NCBI GenBank assembly: GCA_964035575.1
Contig: OZ037834.1
Location: 868,001 to 932,000 of the forward strand
Direction of reading: 5' to 3'
From: Rhynchopus sp. YZ270_cl-10
Lineage: Eukaryota
DNA length: 64,000 nt
A program made the position numbers and the translations under genes. The notes beneath the pieces are model-generated. The model was given only the letters and a program-made list of their open reading frames with translations, did not search any database and was not told the DNA's origin. This document shows, one piece after another, positions 1 through 9,534 of the stretch (positions within the stretch are counted from its first letter, which is position 1; the number at the start of each line of letters is the position of its first letter).

Positions 1-2460
1 CTTTACAAGGCAGAGGCCTCCCGGTATCATTTGGCCGAAACCTACTCTGTGAGCGAACCTGTCAAAATCACGATGGTTCAGTCCTTCCATGCCACCTCGG
101 CAGACTACATACGGTTTACCTGGGGGTGCAACGTGCCGGCGCCGACGTTGCCTACACCGCCGTGTGTTGCAACGGAGGTGCTGACCGATGGGTCGCTGAA
201 CCATACGCACCACCAAGGTGGGGAGAACCTCTGTTGGTCGATCGACTGTGACAGTGAGGTGCGGGTAGTGTTCACTGCCTTCGAAACGGCGCCGTCGCAT
301 GACTACTTAAGGATTGCTGAGGTGAAGCTGGACGGATCCATTGAGGAGGTGTTCCGTGGCTCAGGTGACGCTGTCGCAACGCATGTGACCTTGGTGCTGC
401 AAGGCCCCTTGCTCATTCAATTCGTGAGCGATGTAGGTGAAGATGATCTAGGAGGGTTTTCCTTAGAATATTCCTGTCTTTTAGGAAAAACTTGTGCATC
501 CTTGGCAGGGACGTCTGGTTTGGTGTCAATGGATTTGCCGCGTGCGTTGGGGGCAACGTGCTGGGAGTTTAGCGGATGTGAAGGGACGGTGGAGGTGAAG
601 CAGGCGTCGCATTTTGGGGGGTACATGCTGCTGGCAAATGCGTCTGGTCTGCAGGATACGCACTTCGCAGGGCTGGAGCCTGATGAGGGGAACCTCGACA
701 AAATCGCGGGGGTGGCGATTGAGGCGGCTGGGGCGGCTAATATTACCGCAAACATGCGCTGGCCGGACCTGGTCACTGCGTCGATTGCCCGCTTTACGTG
801 GGGCTGCAACGTACCTGCACCGGACCTCATCCCTGAAACACAGAACCCACCCCCCGTCAGCGACCAATGCGTCTCGGAGCTGCTTGCCCCCGGGCACGGC
901 GAGCTGCACCACACGAACTACAGCGCGAATGAGAACATCTGCTGGGAGCTGGGCTGTGCGGAGTACATAACCATTGACTGGCTGGCATTTGACACGGAGG
1001 CGTTCTACGACAAGGTGTCGGTGTACAGCCTGCAGGATGGGATGGAAACATTGGTGCTCGAAGCCTCCGGGGCAACTGCAGACAACGTCTCCCTGATAGG
1101 CCCAGCATCGATCCGCTTTGTCAGCGACGACGTCGTCATGGGAGATGGGTTTTCCCTGCGTTACAGCTGTTTGGACTACACAGCGGCCCCGACAGATGCA
1201 CCTACCCTCGCCCCCACCGATGTGCCCAAAACGCTTGGACCAGGCAAAACATCAGAGCCCACAGCGGAGCCCACAGCAGCACCGACCCTCATCCCAGGGA
1301 CCACAGCAGAACCCACCGCGGAACCCACCGCAATCCCTGACACTGCGGAACCCACTGCAGAGCCAACCGCCGAGCCAACTGCAGCCCCAACGGCAGTTCC
1401 GACAACGATACCAGACCCAGAGGACACTGCTGAGCCTACTACTGCACCGGTAAATGAGACGGCGGCTCCGACTGTTGTGCCTACTGCGATTCCGACTGCG
1501 GTGCCCACTGCGACTCCAACGGACGCACCTGCCACGGTTGTATGGTGTACGTCTGACCAGGAGTGCATGCAGTATGGTGACGCAGATGCACGGTGTGTTG
1601 CTGATGAGTGCGTCTGTGGAGATGGATTTCAGAAGCCTGTCCAGGCGGGGACCGGTGTGGTGTCGCATATATGTGTTGATGCTTCTACTCGCATTGCGGA
1701 TGTGGTGCACTGCGCTTACGACGTGGCATGCGACGATGTCGCTCGCAACGCTGCGATCGCCTCAGGCCACGTGGCAAAGATCATCCCTGATGCCGCCATC
1801 ACCGAGACCAAGGAGCAATGTGGCTCCCTCAATGTCTTTGTGTTTGTCACAGATGTGCCTCTTCTTGACATTGCATCGCTTGACCTCGCGGCCGAACTTA
1901 CCTCCCAAATGGAAGCCACACAACAACACATCGGGAACGTTCTTTCTGCAGGTCTCGCCTCGCTTGATGCGTTGCGCTGTAGAAACATTGCAAACGCTGC
2001 GGTGGTGGTGCGGATTAATGATGTATGCAGTGCGCTGCAATGTGACGGTGGATATACGCTTCAAAATGGTGGCTGCGTCGAAGAGATCGCCAACGGTAGT
2101 GGCGGTGACAGCGGGGGTGGAAGTGACGCCCCGATTGGCGCGATTATCGGTGGTGTGATCGGAGGTGTGGTGCTGATCGTCATTGTCATCATCGCGGCAG
2201 TGTGTGTATGCAGACGTCCCTCCAAGCCCTCTGCTAACGAACCCTATGGTGCCGACAAAGACTTTGAAGACAACGAAGTTGCAGCAGCGGCAGCGGCGAA
2301 ACGCAAAGGTGTCCACGAAGGCGTCATCGTGTACGACGAAAACGGGAAGGAGATCCCGGACACTGTTGTCATTACTGAGACCCCTGAAGAACCGGAGGTG
2401 GAAGTGGTACCAGTCTTCCCCCCATTCGTAGATGCCCCGCCGGAGAAGGATGAAGCATGA
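1..2460 (+). CDS. Type I membrane surface protein: CUB-like repeats, Thr/Pro/Ala mucin-like stalk, Cys-rich domains, C-terminal TM helix; 5'-truncated by the window edge
   Basis: Frame is open from base 1. CUB-like motifs (ENLCWSI.C...FETAPSHDYL...F.SD...GGFSLEYSC; NYSANENICWELGC...FDTEAFYDKVSV), PTAEPTA repeats at ~1180-1540, and a TM segment AIIGGVIGGVVLIVIVIIAAVCVC followed by RR. Confidence 0.85.
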   Translation, partial: LYKAEASRYHLAETYSVSEPVKITMVQSFHATSADYIRFTWGCNVPAPTLPTPPCVATEVLTDGSLNHTHHQGGENLCWSIDCDSEVRVVFTAFETAPSHDYLRIAEVKLDGSIEEVFRGSGDAVATHVTLVLQGPLLIQFVSDVGEDDLGGFSLEYSCLLGKTCASLAGTSGLVSMDLPRALGATCWEFSGCEGTVEVKQASHFGGYMLLANASGLQDTHFAGLEPDEGNLDKIAGVAIEAAGAANITANMRWPDLVTASIARFTWGCNVPAPDLIPETQNPPPVSDQCVSELLAPGHGELHHTNYSANENICWELGCAEYITIDWLAFDTEAFYDKVSVYSLQDGMETLVLEASGATADNVSLIGPASIRFVSDDVVMGDGFSLRYSCLDYTAAPTDAPTLAPTDVPKTLGPGKTSEPTAEPTAAPTLIPGTTAEPTAEPTAIPDTAEPTAEPTAEPTAAPTAVPTTIPDPEDTAEPTTAPVNETAAPTVVPTAIPTAVPTATPTDAPATVVWCTSDQECMQYGDADARCVADECVCGDGFQKPVQAGTGVVSHICVDASTRIADVVHCAYDVACDDVARNAAIASGHVAKIIPDAAITETKEQCGSLNVFVFVTDVPLLDIASLDLAAELTSQMEATQQHIGNVLSAGLASLDALRCRNIANAAVVVRINDVCSALQCDGGYTLQNGGCVEEIANGSGGDSGGGSDAPIGAIIGGVIGGVVLIVIVIIAAVCVCRRPSKPSANEPYGADKDFEDNEVAAAAAAKRKGVHEGVIVYDENGKEIPDTVVITETPEEPEVEVVPVFPPFVDAPPEKDEA

Positions 2461-3013
2461 ACAAAGAGGATAAAAAAGAAGGGAAAAATATAGATATTAC
2501 GCGCAGAGAAACACTCGTTTTTTTCACGGTGCGTCTGTTTTGTTTTTCTCAACGCCGCCTTTTTTTTTCATTTTTTTTTTCTTCATTTTTTTTCTCGGTA
2601 TGATACTGTTTTCCATGGATACACACGTAAAGGAGTTCCGTGCTGTTTACAGCTCTCGATAGGCGATTGAGCTTATCTAACAACGACCAAAATAAAGAAA
2701 GTAAAGAAAAATAAGAAATGGGGGGAAAAATGGAGAGAAAAGAAACGAGATTTTCACAAAAAAAAAAAATGACAACAAAAGTTTTGTGAACGTCTATTTT
2801 TAATAGGAATGAGAGCGGGGTGGATGGAGAGGAGGGGTTTTTGCTTCACCATCTGCAGAAAAGTAAAGTGAAAAGGAGTGTCTGAATGGGCAGGTACAAC
2901 TGCCCTCAACAGATTCAGGGGGGGCCGCCACCTAACAAAAGTTCTGTTGATCGTCAACAGAATTTACATTGCCCCGTTCTATAAAAAGGAATGGTAAAAA
3001 AGTTTTTAAAAAA

Positions 3014-3075
3014 ACAGTGGATATTGCACAACTGTGGACAACACAACAGAGGCAACTACAGTACTCCAACAATTA
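3014..3075 (+). repeat. ~60-bp dispersed repeat (ACAGTGGA.ATTGCACAA.CTGTGG.CAACAC...GAGGCAACTACA..ACTCCAACAATT)
   Basis: Related copies seen at ~3858-3920, ~38678-38745, ~44661-44725 and ~59047-59095. Confidence 0.7.
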
Positions 3076-4111
3076 ATGAAAAAAAGAAAAAGAAGAAAAA
3101 AACTCAACAAAGCTGAGCGTTGTTGTCCGCAGGGTACATTCTTTGCTTTCATCCAGACGGCTGGCAGCATACAGTGTCAGTCGGAGGCGCACCGCTGTGG
3201 CAACAACTACCCATGTTTTCCCCCATATTTTCCCAAAGGGCGCATTGTTGCACCCTCTCAAGATACTTTACATTCTCCTGAATGGAAAGCATCAAGAGAA
3301 TTTATTTCCTTTTTTGAAAAAACCCCCTTTTTTTTATAGCGAACCTCGGAACTGTTTTTTCTTGAAATTATTCTTTTCTTTGAAACAATTAGAAAAAAAA
3401 AAGATTGACTGTATCTGTAGAGAACGTCCTTTTTTGTACTTTCTCTTAGAAAGTATCTGAAACTATTTTTTTTCTTTTTTTTTTTTTCCCACAAAAAAAA
3501 ACAGTGGTACCTACCATAGTGTGAACTGCACCAAAAACTTTCTCTGTTATCATTATTACATAGTAATTGTCTGCGGGGGGATACGGTGGGACCAGGTGCT
3601 AAAAATGCTGTGATTCTCCCCATTTCAATTTGTTGGGCATTTGCACCTTTTGATCACTTGAGTTTTTCTTTTTGCCTTCCATGTTAACAGTGGTTCTGCG
3701 ACCAAAAACTCCACCAAAATTTGAAAGAAACAAACCACTTCTATACCGTAGTAGAAAATGAATTGCCGGCTCCATTTTTTTCTTGGAGCTTCCAGGGACC
3801 GTACATTGCTCCGTTCCATAAAGGAACGGTGAAAAAAAAAAGTTTTCAAATAACAGTACAGTGGAGATTTGCACAAAACTGTGGACAACACTACTGAGGC
3901 AACTACAGTACTCCAACATTTTTTTATCAAAAAATGAAAACAGAAGTCCTTGGGGATGGACGTTAAATGCATCCAGGGGTGGCAGCCTTTTTGTGGCACC
4001 TCCTGAACCCCCTACGAAGGTCTGAGAAAAGGACTTTTTGAGGGGTTAAAAGGGTGCTTATCCTCTACAAGGTGTGAAAAAGGCACACACCCCAGCCTGA
4101 TTGAACTAGGT

Positions 4112-4548
4112 ACCCCCTACGGTAGTGGCTGCATATGTGTCTACATAGACGCTTTTGGTGCATAAACACGCAGTATGTTAAGCAATTATCACAAATACAG
4201 CCACCATCAAGGCAGTGGTGGCTGCATCCGTGGTGCATACGCACATATGTACCCTAAAAGCACATACGCATGCAGCCACCACTGCCTTGATGGTAAACAT
4301 ACAAAAAAACATTTTCAAACCCCCTACGGTAGTGGCTGCATATGTGTCGAAGTACACGCTTTTGGTGCATAAACACGCAGTATGTTATGGCAGTTCTCAC
4401 AATACAGCCACCATCAAGGCAGTGGTGGCTGCATACGTATGTGCTTTTAGGGTACATATGTGCGTATGCACCACGGATGTAGCCACCGCTGCACTAATAG
4501 TGGCTGTATTTGTGATAATTGCTTAACATACGTGTGTATGCACCAAAA
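4112..4548. repeat. Nested direct and inverted repeat (foldback-like) built on GCAGTGGTGGCTGCAT
   Basis: ~4112-4225 is repeated at ~4321-4435; ~4160-4290 is the reverse complement of ~4405-4545. Confidence 0.7.
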
Positions 4549-4852
4549 TCGTATACGTGCCATGTATTACACAGCATATGAAGCCACCACACTACTTCAC
4601 CTCCCCCTTCTTTTACCTTCTTTACCCAACCTCATTCGACGCATTTTCTTGTTTGCCTCCTACCATGTTTCCCTGCTCGGGGGTGTTCTTCAAATAGCCA
4701 TACATAGTTGTAGTCATGGCCTACTGCGGCAGAGTAGGCCAGACGACCATGTATGAATAATATCATTTTTTTGTTTTGTTTTTGCAGTTTTTTTTTTATG
4801 TTTTTGTTTATGTTCAGTCTTCATTCTCCATCTTCAACGTTTCCTCACAACC

Positions 4853-4989
4853 TTCACCGTACACGACGGTGAAGTAAATGGCTTGACTTGTGGGGTTTAC
4901 TTTGTGGTTTCATCGTTATAAGTCAACGATGAAAACACAAAGTAAAACCACAAGTCAAAGTCATTTACTTCACCGTCGTGTACGGTGAA
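4853..4989. repeat. ~137-bp near-perfect hairpin (foldback/MITE-like)
   Basis: TTCACCGTACACGACGGTGAAGTAAATG... pairs with ...CATTTACTTCACCGTCGTGTACGGTGAA; a related half copy lies at ~40895-40950. Confidence 0.75.
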
Positions 4990-5330
4990 CAAAGACAACA
5001 ACGAATTGCTAAGAAAAAAAAAAAGAAACGGGGTGTGTGCTGTGGAAAACCCCCCCCTGCCTTCGAAACCATCGTAGCATCTGATAGCAATTACTTTGTT
5101 TTGTTTTGTCTTTTTTCTCTTTTTTTTTTTTTCAGTGCCTGCGTCCGCCGATGAACGGTGAGGCGTTGTGTATTTGCAAAAGCTTCTCCTTTAAAAGGAT
5201 GACTAATCACGTAAGGCTTAAGATATATGCGCACGAGAGGCACATTCATCTTTCAAGTTTTTGTGGGGAGAACATTTTTTGTGTGATCCCTCAAACCATA
5301 TACTAATCAATTTATTTGATTTGCATATGA

Positions 5331-5492
5331 TTGGTGCTCCTGAAATAAAAAATTACCAAGTACGCAACAACTACGCACTAAGTACGCAACAAGTACGCAA
5401 TATAGGGTATTCCTGTATTTTTTTTTTTTTTTTTTTTTTCCGTACACAAAGTGCGCAACAAGTACGCAAAATGGGGTTTTCAGGAGCACCAA
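5331..5492. mobile_element. MITE with 15-bp TIRs (TTGGTGCTCCTGAAA) and internal GTACGCAA repeats
   Basis: TIRs at both ends, with TGA flanking both sides (possible 3-bp TSD). Confidence 0.6.
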
Positions 5493-5564
5493 TGATGAAA
5501 ATATCTTTCAAGTTTTCCTCCCTCCTCCTCCTCCTCCTCCCTCCTCCTCCTCCTCCTCCTCCTC

Positions 5565-5863
5565 TACAGTAAACTTGTTTAAGAAGCTTTGCTTCGACTC
5601 AGGAGTCTTTCAAGATATAGAATGACTAATGCAGCATGCCCCTCATGGGCTTACCACTTACGGTTAGTAAGGTTGGAACGAGGATCGATGGGGAACCCAA
5701 AACACACAAAACACACAAACACACATTCACGAATCAGAATTTTGTCTTTTGCTTCCCCAGTATCGCCCTCTGTACGTACTCCTCTCCTCATCTACGGAAA
5801 AAAGAATCTCCCCCCGCCCCCCTTTTTTAGTTTACTTGTATACTCGTCTTTATCTTGTAAAGA
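5565..5863 (+). mobile_element. Solo terminal-repeat unit, subfamily 2, copy 1
   Basis: 299 bp flanked by (CCT)n. Its start TACAGTAAACTTGTTTAAGAAGCTTTGCTTCGAC resembles the YR-element repeat start CCAGTTAACTTGTTTAAAGCAGCTTTGCTGCGAC. Confidence 0.7.
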
Positions 5864-6049
5864 CTCCTCCTCCTCCTCCTCCTCCTCCTCCTCCTCCTCC
5901 TCCTCCTCCTCCTCCTCCTCCTCCTCCTCCTCCTCCTCCTCCTCCTCCTCCTCCTCCTCCTCCTCCTCCTCCTCCTCCTCCTCCTCCTCCTCCTCCTCCT
6001 CCTCCTCCTCCTCCTCCTCCTCCTCCTCCTCCTCCTCCTCCTCCTCCTC

Positions 6050-6348
6050 TACAGTAAACTTGTTTAAGAAGCTTTGCTTCGACTCAGGAGTCTTTCAAGA
6101 TATAGAATGACTAATGCAGCATGCCCCTCATGGGCTTACCACTTACGGTTAGTAAGGTTGGAACGAGGATCGATGGGGAACCCAAAACACACAAAACACA
6201 CAAACACACATTCACGAATCAGAATTTTGTCTTTTGCTTCCCCAGTATCGCCCTCTGTACGTACTCCTCTCCTCATCTACGGAAAAAAGAATCTCCCCCC
6301 GCCCCCCTTTTTTAGTTTACTTGTATACTCGTCTTTATCTTGTAAAGA
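6050..6348 (+). mobile_element. Solo terminal-repeat unit, subfamily 2, copy 2
   Basis: Essentially identical to 5565-5863 and flanked by (CCT)n. Confidence 0.7.
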
Positions 6349-6382
6349 CTCCTCCTCCTCCTCCTCCTCCTCCTCCTCCTCC

Positions 6383-6680
6383 CCAGTTAACTTGTTTAAA
6401 GCAGCTTTGCTGCGACATGGGGAGATCTGGTGTTTAGTATGAATAAAAATAAAAGCTTTGCCCCATTCATGTTTTTTGTTTTTTTACCACTTTGCATTGC
6501 AAAGGCTGGAAAGGCGAAGGAAAACACCACTCACCTTCATCAGGGAAAAATCTCTGTTTTCGGGTGGTCTCTTTTCCTTCCCTCGTACGTCACAATAAAG
6601 AAACCCCTTCCCTCGCATTTTTTCACGACATTGTTTTTGGGTTTGGGTAATGTTCACGGGCTATTCTCTATACACCAGAT
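6383..6680 (+). mobile_element. Solo A-B repeat of the adjacent YR retroelement (subfamily 1)
   Basis: Near-identical to A2-B2 (11432-11728) and flanked by CTCC/(CCT)n on both sides. Confidence 0.85.
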
Positions 6681-6989
6681 CTCCTCCTCCTCCTCCTCCT
6701 CCTCCTCCTCCTCCTCCTCCTCCTCCTCCTCCTCCTCCTCCTCCTCCTCCTCCTCCTCCCCAGTTAACTTGTTTAAAGCAGCTTTGCTGCGACATGGGGA
6801 GATCTGGTGTTTAGTATGAATAAAAATAAAAGCTTTGCCCCATTCATGTTTTTTGTTTTTTTTACCACTTTGCATTGCAAAGGCTGGAAAGGCGAAGGAA
6901 AACACCACTCACCTTCATCAGGGAAAAATCTCTGTTTTCGGGTGGTCTCTTTTCCTTCCCTCGTACGACACAAAAAAAAAAAAAAAAAA

Positions 6990-8042
6990 ATGGACATGAG
7001 CGAGTTCAAAAATGCACCTTCCAGAATGTTCTGGTTTAAGGTCAGCAACGTGTTGGGAGGGATGTGCAAGGAGGCACCAAACATCGTGAAGGAAAAATTG
7101 GGTTCGGTGAGTCTTCAGGGCAAGTTCGTGTGCGACACCCTGGAGGCTATCTCTTCTTCAGAGGTAGAGTCCTTGACTGTAGAGGCCCTGCGCGAGGTAA
7201 TCGGCGTGGTGACCCGATCGGAGCCTGAGAAGTGGGCGAACACGCCTCCGCGGAGGCTGGCGCTGTTCCTCACGGCAGTGCGGCGTGCAGTGGGAGAAGA
7301 GGCGTTTGAGGGGTTGCTGGCGGACGAGAACAGAGAGGCTTTTCCCTCGTCACCCGATGTAACCTCTCCACAGGCGGCCCACGACACGGAGGAGGAAGCT
7401 GTCGCTGCCGAAGTGTCGAGGAAGCGGTTCACTTTCGCTCCGCGGGCAGACGGGGGGCTACTGCCCGGCAGTGCGGGAGGCGGGGGCCCAGCAGCCGGCG
7501 ACACGTTGGATGCGCAGAGCTTTGGCGGAGGCAGCGACATCGGGGATGATGCGGATGATGCGGGTGTGGATGCGGACGATGTGACCCTGAACCACAAAAG
7601 GTGGCAGGAGTTGGATCGCATCCAGCAGGGTGACTTGCTCGCGAACCTCCGGGGGTACATCCCGACGAGGGACGGTGACGCGAAGGATGCCGCGCACGCT
7701 TCCTGGACACTGATCCAGAAGATCCTCAAGGGGAGGAGTATGGTTGATATCCTCGGTGACTCCTTGGACAACCTGCTCTTCTTCCACTACAGGTTTACCC
7801 TGGGAGTGGAGGCTGCTAAGGCTTTCCGGATGCGCGGCATAGTAGGGTCTACGACCACCCCGACACGCAGGCAGGCTATGCTGGCAGCCGTGGCGGCGAA
7901 CAACACGCACAAGGGCAAGCGATCCTACCAAGGAGGAGGAGGACGCCAGCAACAGAACAAACGCATGCGTTATGACCCGTCGGCGTCGTTCAACACGAAA
8001 GGAGCGGGCAAAGGCAAGAAAGGGGGAGAGAAGGGTTCCTAA
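6990..8042 (+). CDS. Gag-like ORF1 of the YR retroelement (350 aa)
   Basis: First ORF after A1 and a poly-A run, with a basic Gly-rich C-terminus. Assignment is positional; no diagnostic motif recognised. Confidence 0.65.
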   Translation: MDMSEFKNAPSRMFWFKVSNVLGGMCKEAPNIVKEKLGSVSLQGKFVCDTLEAISSSEVESLTVEALREVIGVVTRSEPEKWANTPPRRLALFLTAVRRAVGEEAFEGLLADENREAFPSSPDVTSPQAAHDTEEEAVAAEVSRKRFTFAPRADGGLLPGSAGGGGPAAGDTLDAQSFGGGSDIGDDADDAGVDADDVTLNHKRWQELDRIQQGDLLANLRGYIPTRDGDAKDAAHASWTLIQKILKGRSMVDILGDSLDNLLFFHYRFTLGVEAAKAFRMRGIVGSTTTPTRRQAMLAAVAANNTHKGKRSYQGGGGRQQQNKRMRYDPSASFNTKGAGKGKKGGEKGS

Positions 8043-9534
8043 CTCGGCAGCCTGCCCGAGGCCACCCCTGAACCAGACGAACTACCAGGCGGTGGGCCTT
8101 CGAGACATATGTCTCACAAAGAACAACTACAAGGCGGTGGGCCTTCGAGACGTATGTCTCACAAAGAACAACTACAAGGCAGTGGGCCTTCGAGACGTAT
8201 GTCTCACAAAGAACAACTACAAGGCGGTGGGCCTTCGAGACATATGTCTCACAAAGAACAACTACAAGGCAGTGGGCCTTCGAGACGGATGTCTCAAACA
8301 AACCAATTTCAATTCTCTCAATCAAAACAAGAGCCAAGCGGTGGGCTTTTCTCTCAATGCAAAAAGCAACAAGGCGGTGGGCCGTCGAGACGTATGTCTC
8401 AAACATACCAATTTCAATTCTCTCAATCAAAACGAGAACCAAGCGGTGGGCTTTTCTCTCAATGCAAAAAGCAACAAGGCGGGGGGCCTCCCAGAGGGCA
8501 GCCAGGAGATGCAAACTCCGATGACCCCTCCTCGAGTTTTTCCGCCGCCCTGCTTAGAGCCAGAAACGCTTGGAAAACAATTATCAAAAAAGAAAAAACT
8601 AGCCATCGAGAACAAGGTGTTTGCGGAGAGGGACGGAAAGTCGTTGGGATCGCTGATCCATCACTTGGTGCGCTGGGACGAGCTAGCACAATTTGCGAAG
8701 GCACCAAAAACGATGAGCGAGGAGGACCGGATCTGCACACGTTTTTCGGAGTGGAGGGCGAAGCAACACAGCGGAAGGCCGACGGACGAGCTGATAATAG
8801 AGTACGCCCACAGCATGTTAAATACGACAGCACCCAGCACGGCAAAGAAGTACATGGAGACGTTGGTGCGCGGAGCTCATCGAGAGGGCGTGAAAGGAGT
8901 ACGGACGCGTATGCTGCTGGACGCGAAGAAGGGACTCGCCAGACTGGGGACGATGATCCGTCCAAATCAAGCTCCGGCAATGTCAGCGGCAGATGCGAAG
9001 TCAGCTGTGGAGAAGTTGTGGGATCAGGGATGCAGACCGGCGGCAGCGTTGGCGGCGATCGCTTGGGTCTCTCGTGCACGGATACCCGATTTGAGGTACC
9101 TCACGAAACTGGACTGGAAAGAGTTTCCGTCCAAGACCCCCCAAAACTTGGAGACAGTAGGAGGAGAATTCTTTGCGCGGGAAAAGGGGTGCAAGACGTG
9201 GAAGCCACCGATCAACCTACCGCCGGGGAACATTACGGCGATTGCCGTACGGTTCATGCGCAGCGTAGCCGACGAGAAGGCGCTGGTGTTCGGGGGCTCC
9301 TCAGCCCTGTACGAGAGGTTGAAGCGCGAGCTGAAGAAGGTGTTCCCGCAGGCTTCGTGGCTTCACTCGATGAGACGAGGGGCCATACAGGAGGTGGAGA
9401 AGACAGGAGCGAAGAGGGGCGACTTGCGGGAGCTGTTGAGGCATGCGAGCGAGCAGGAGACGGTGCGATACCTGCGGACGAACACACTAGGGAGACGGAG
9501 GGAGGAAGCGAAGCTGCTGTCTTCGCTGCAATGA
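7972..9534 (+). CDS. Tyrosine recombinase (ORF2)
   Basis: Catalytic signature R (AWVSRARIPDLRYL), HxxR (HSMRRGA), H...Y (LLRHASEQETVRYL). The true start is uncertain. Confidence 0.9.
   Translation: MTRRRRSTRKERAKARKGERRVPNSAACPRPPLNQTNYQAVGLRDICLTKNNYKAVGLRDVCLTKNNYKAVGLRDVCLTKNNYKAVGLRDICLTKNNYKAVGLRDGCLKQTNFNSLNQNKSQAVGFSLNAKSNKAVGRRDVCLKHTNFNSLNQNENQAVGFSLNAKSNKAGGLPEGSQEMQTPMTPPRVFPPPCLEPETLGKQLSKKKKLAIENKVFAERDGKSLGSLIHHLVRWDELAQFAKAPKTMSEEDRICTRFSEWRAKQHSGRPTDELIIEYAHSMLNTTAPSTAKKYMETLVRGAHREGVKGVRTRMLLDAKKGLARLGTMIRPNQAPAMSAADAKSAVEKLWDQGCRPAAALAAIAWVSRARIPDLRYLTKLDWKEFPSKTPQNLETVGGEFFAREKGCKTWKPPINLPPGNITAIAVRFMRSVADEKALVFGGSSALYERLKRELKKVFPQASWLHSMRRGAIQEVEKTGAKRGDLRELLRHASEQETVRYLRTNTLGRRREEAKLLSSLQ
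8080..8490 (+). repeat. In-frame tandem repeats (45-bp x~5, then 105-bp x2) within the overlapping YR and RT frames
   Basis: AACTACAAGGCGGTGGGCCTTCGAGAC.TATGTCTCACAAAGAAC units read as NYKAVGLRDVCLTKN in one frame and GGGPSRRMSHKEQLQ in the other. Confidence 0.9.

Noticed and set aside
6383..6450. Known ribozyme (hammerhead, HDV, twister) in the A repeat
   Set aside because: I could not identify the canonical catalytic cores by eye; kept only as an unclassified covarying structure.
5565..6759. CRISPR-like array (repeats separated by spacers)
   Set aside because: Units are ~300-bp retroelement termini separated by a microsatellite; there are no unique spacers or cas genes, and the context is eukaryotic.
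5589..6819. Poly-Ser, poly-Pro and poly-Glu ORFs
   Set aside because: Translation artefacts of (CCT)n and the repeat units.
8080..8490. 45-bp repeats as a CRISPR or guide array
   Set aside because: Head-to-tail tandem repeats without spacers, in frame within ORFs.
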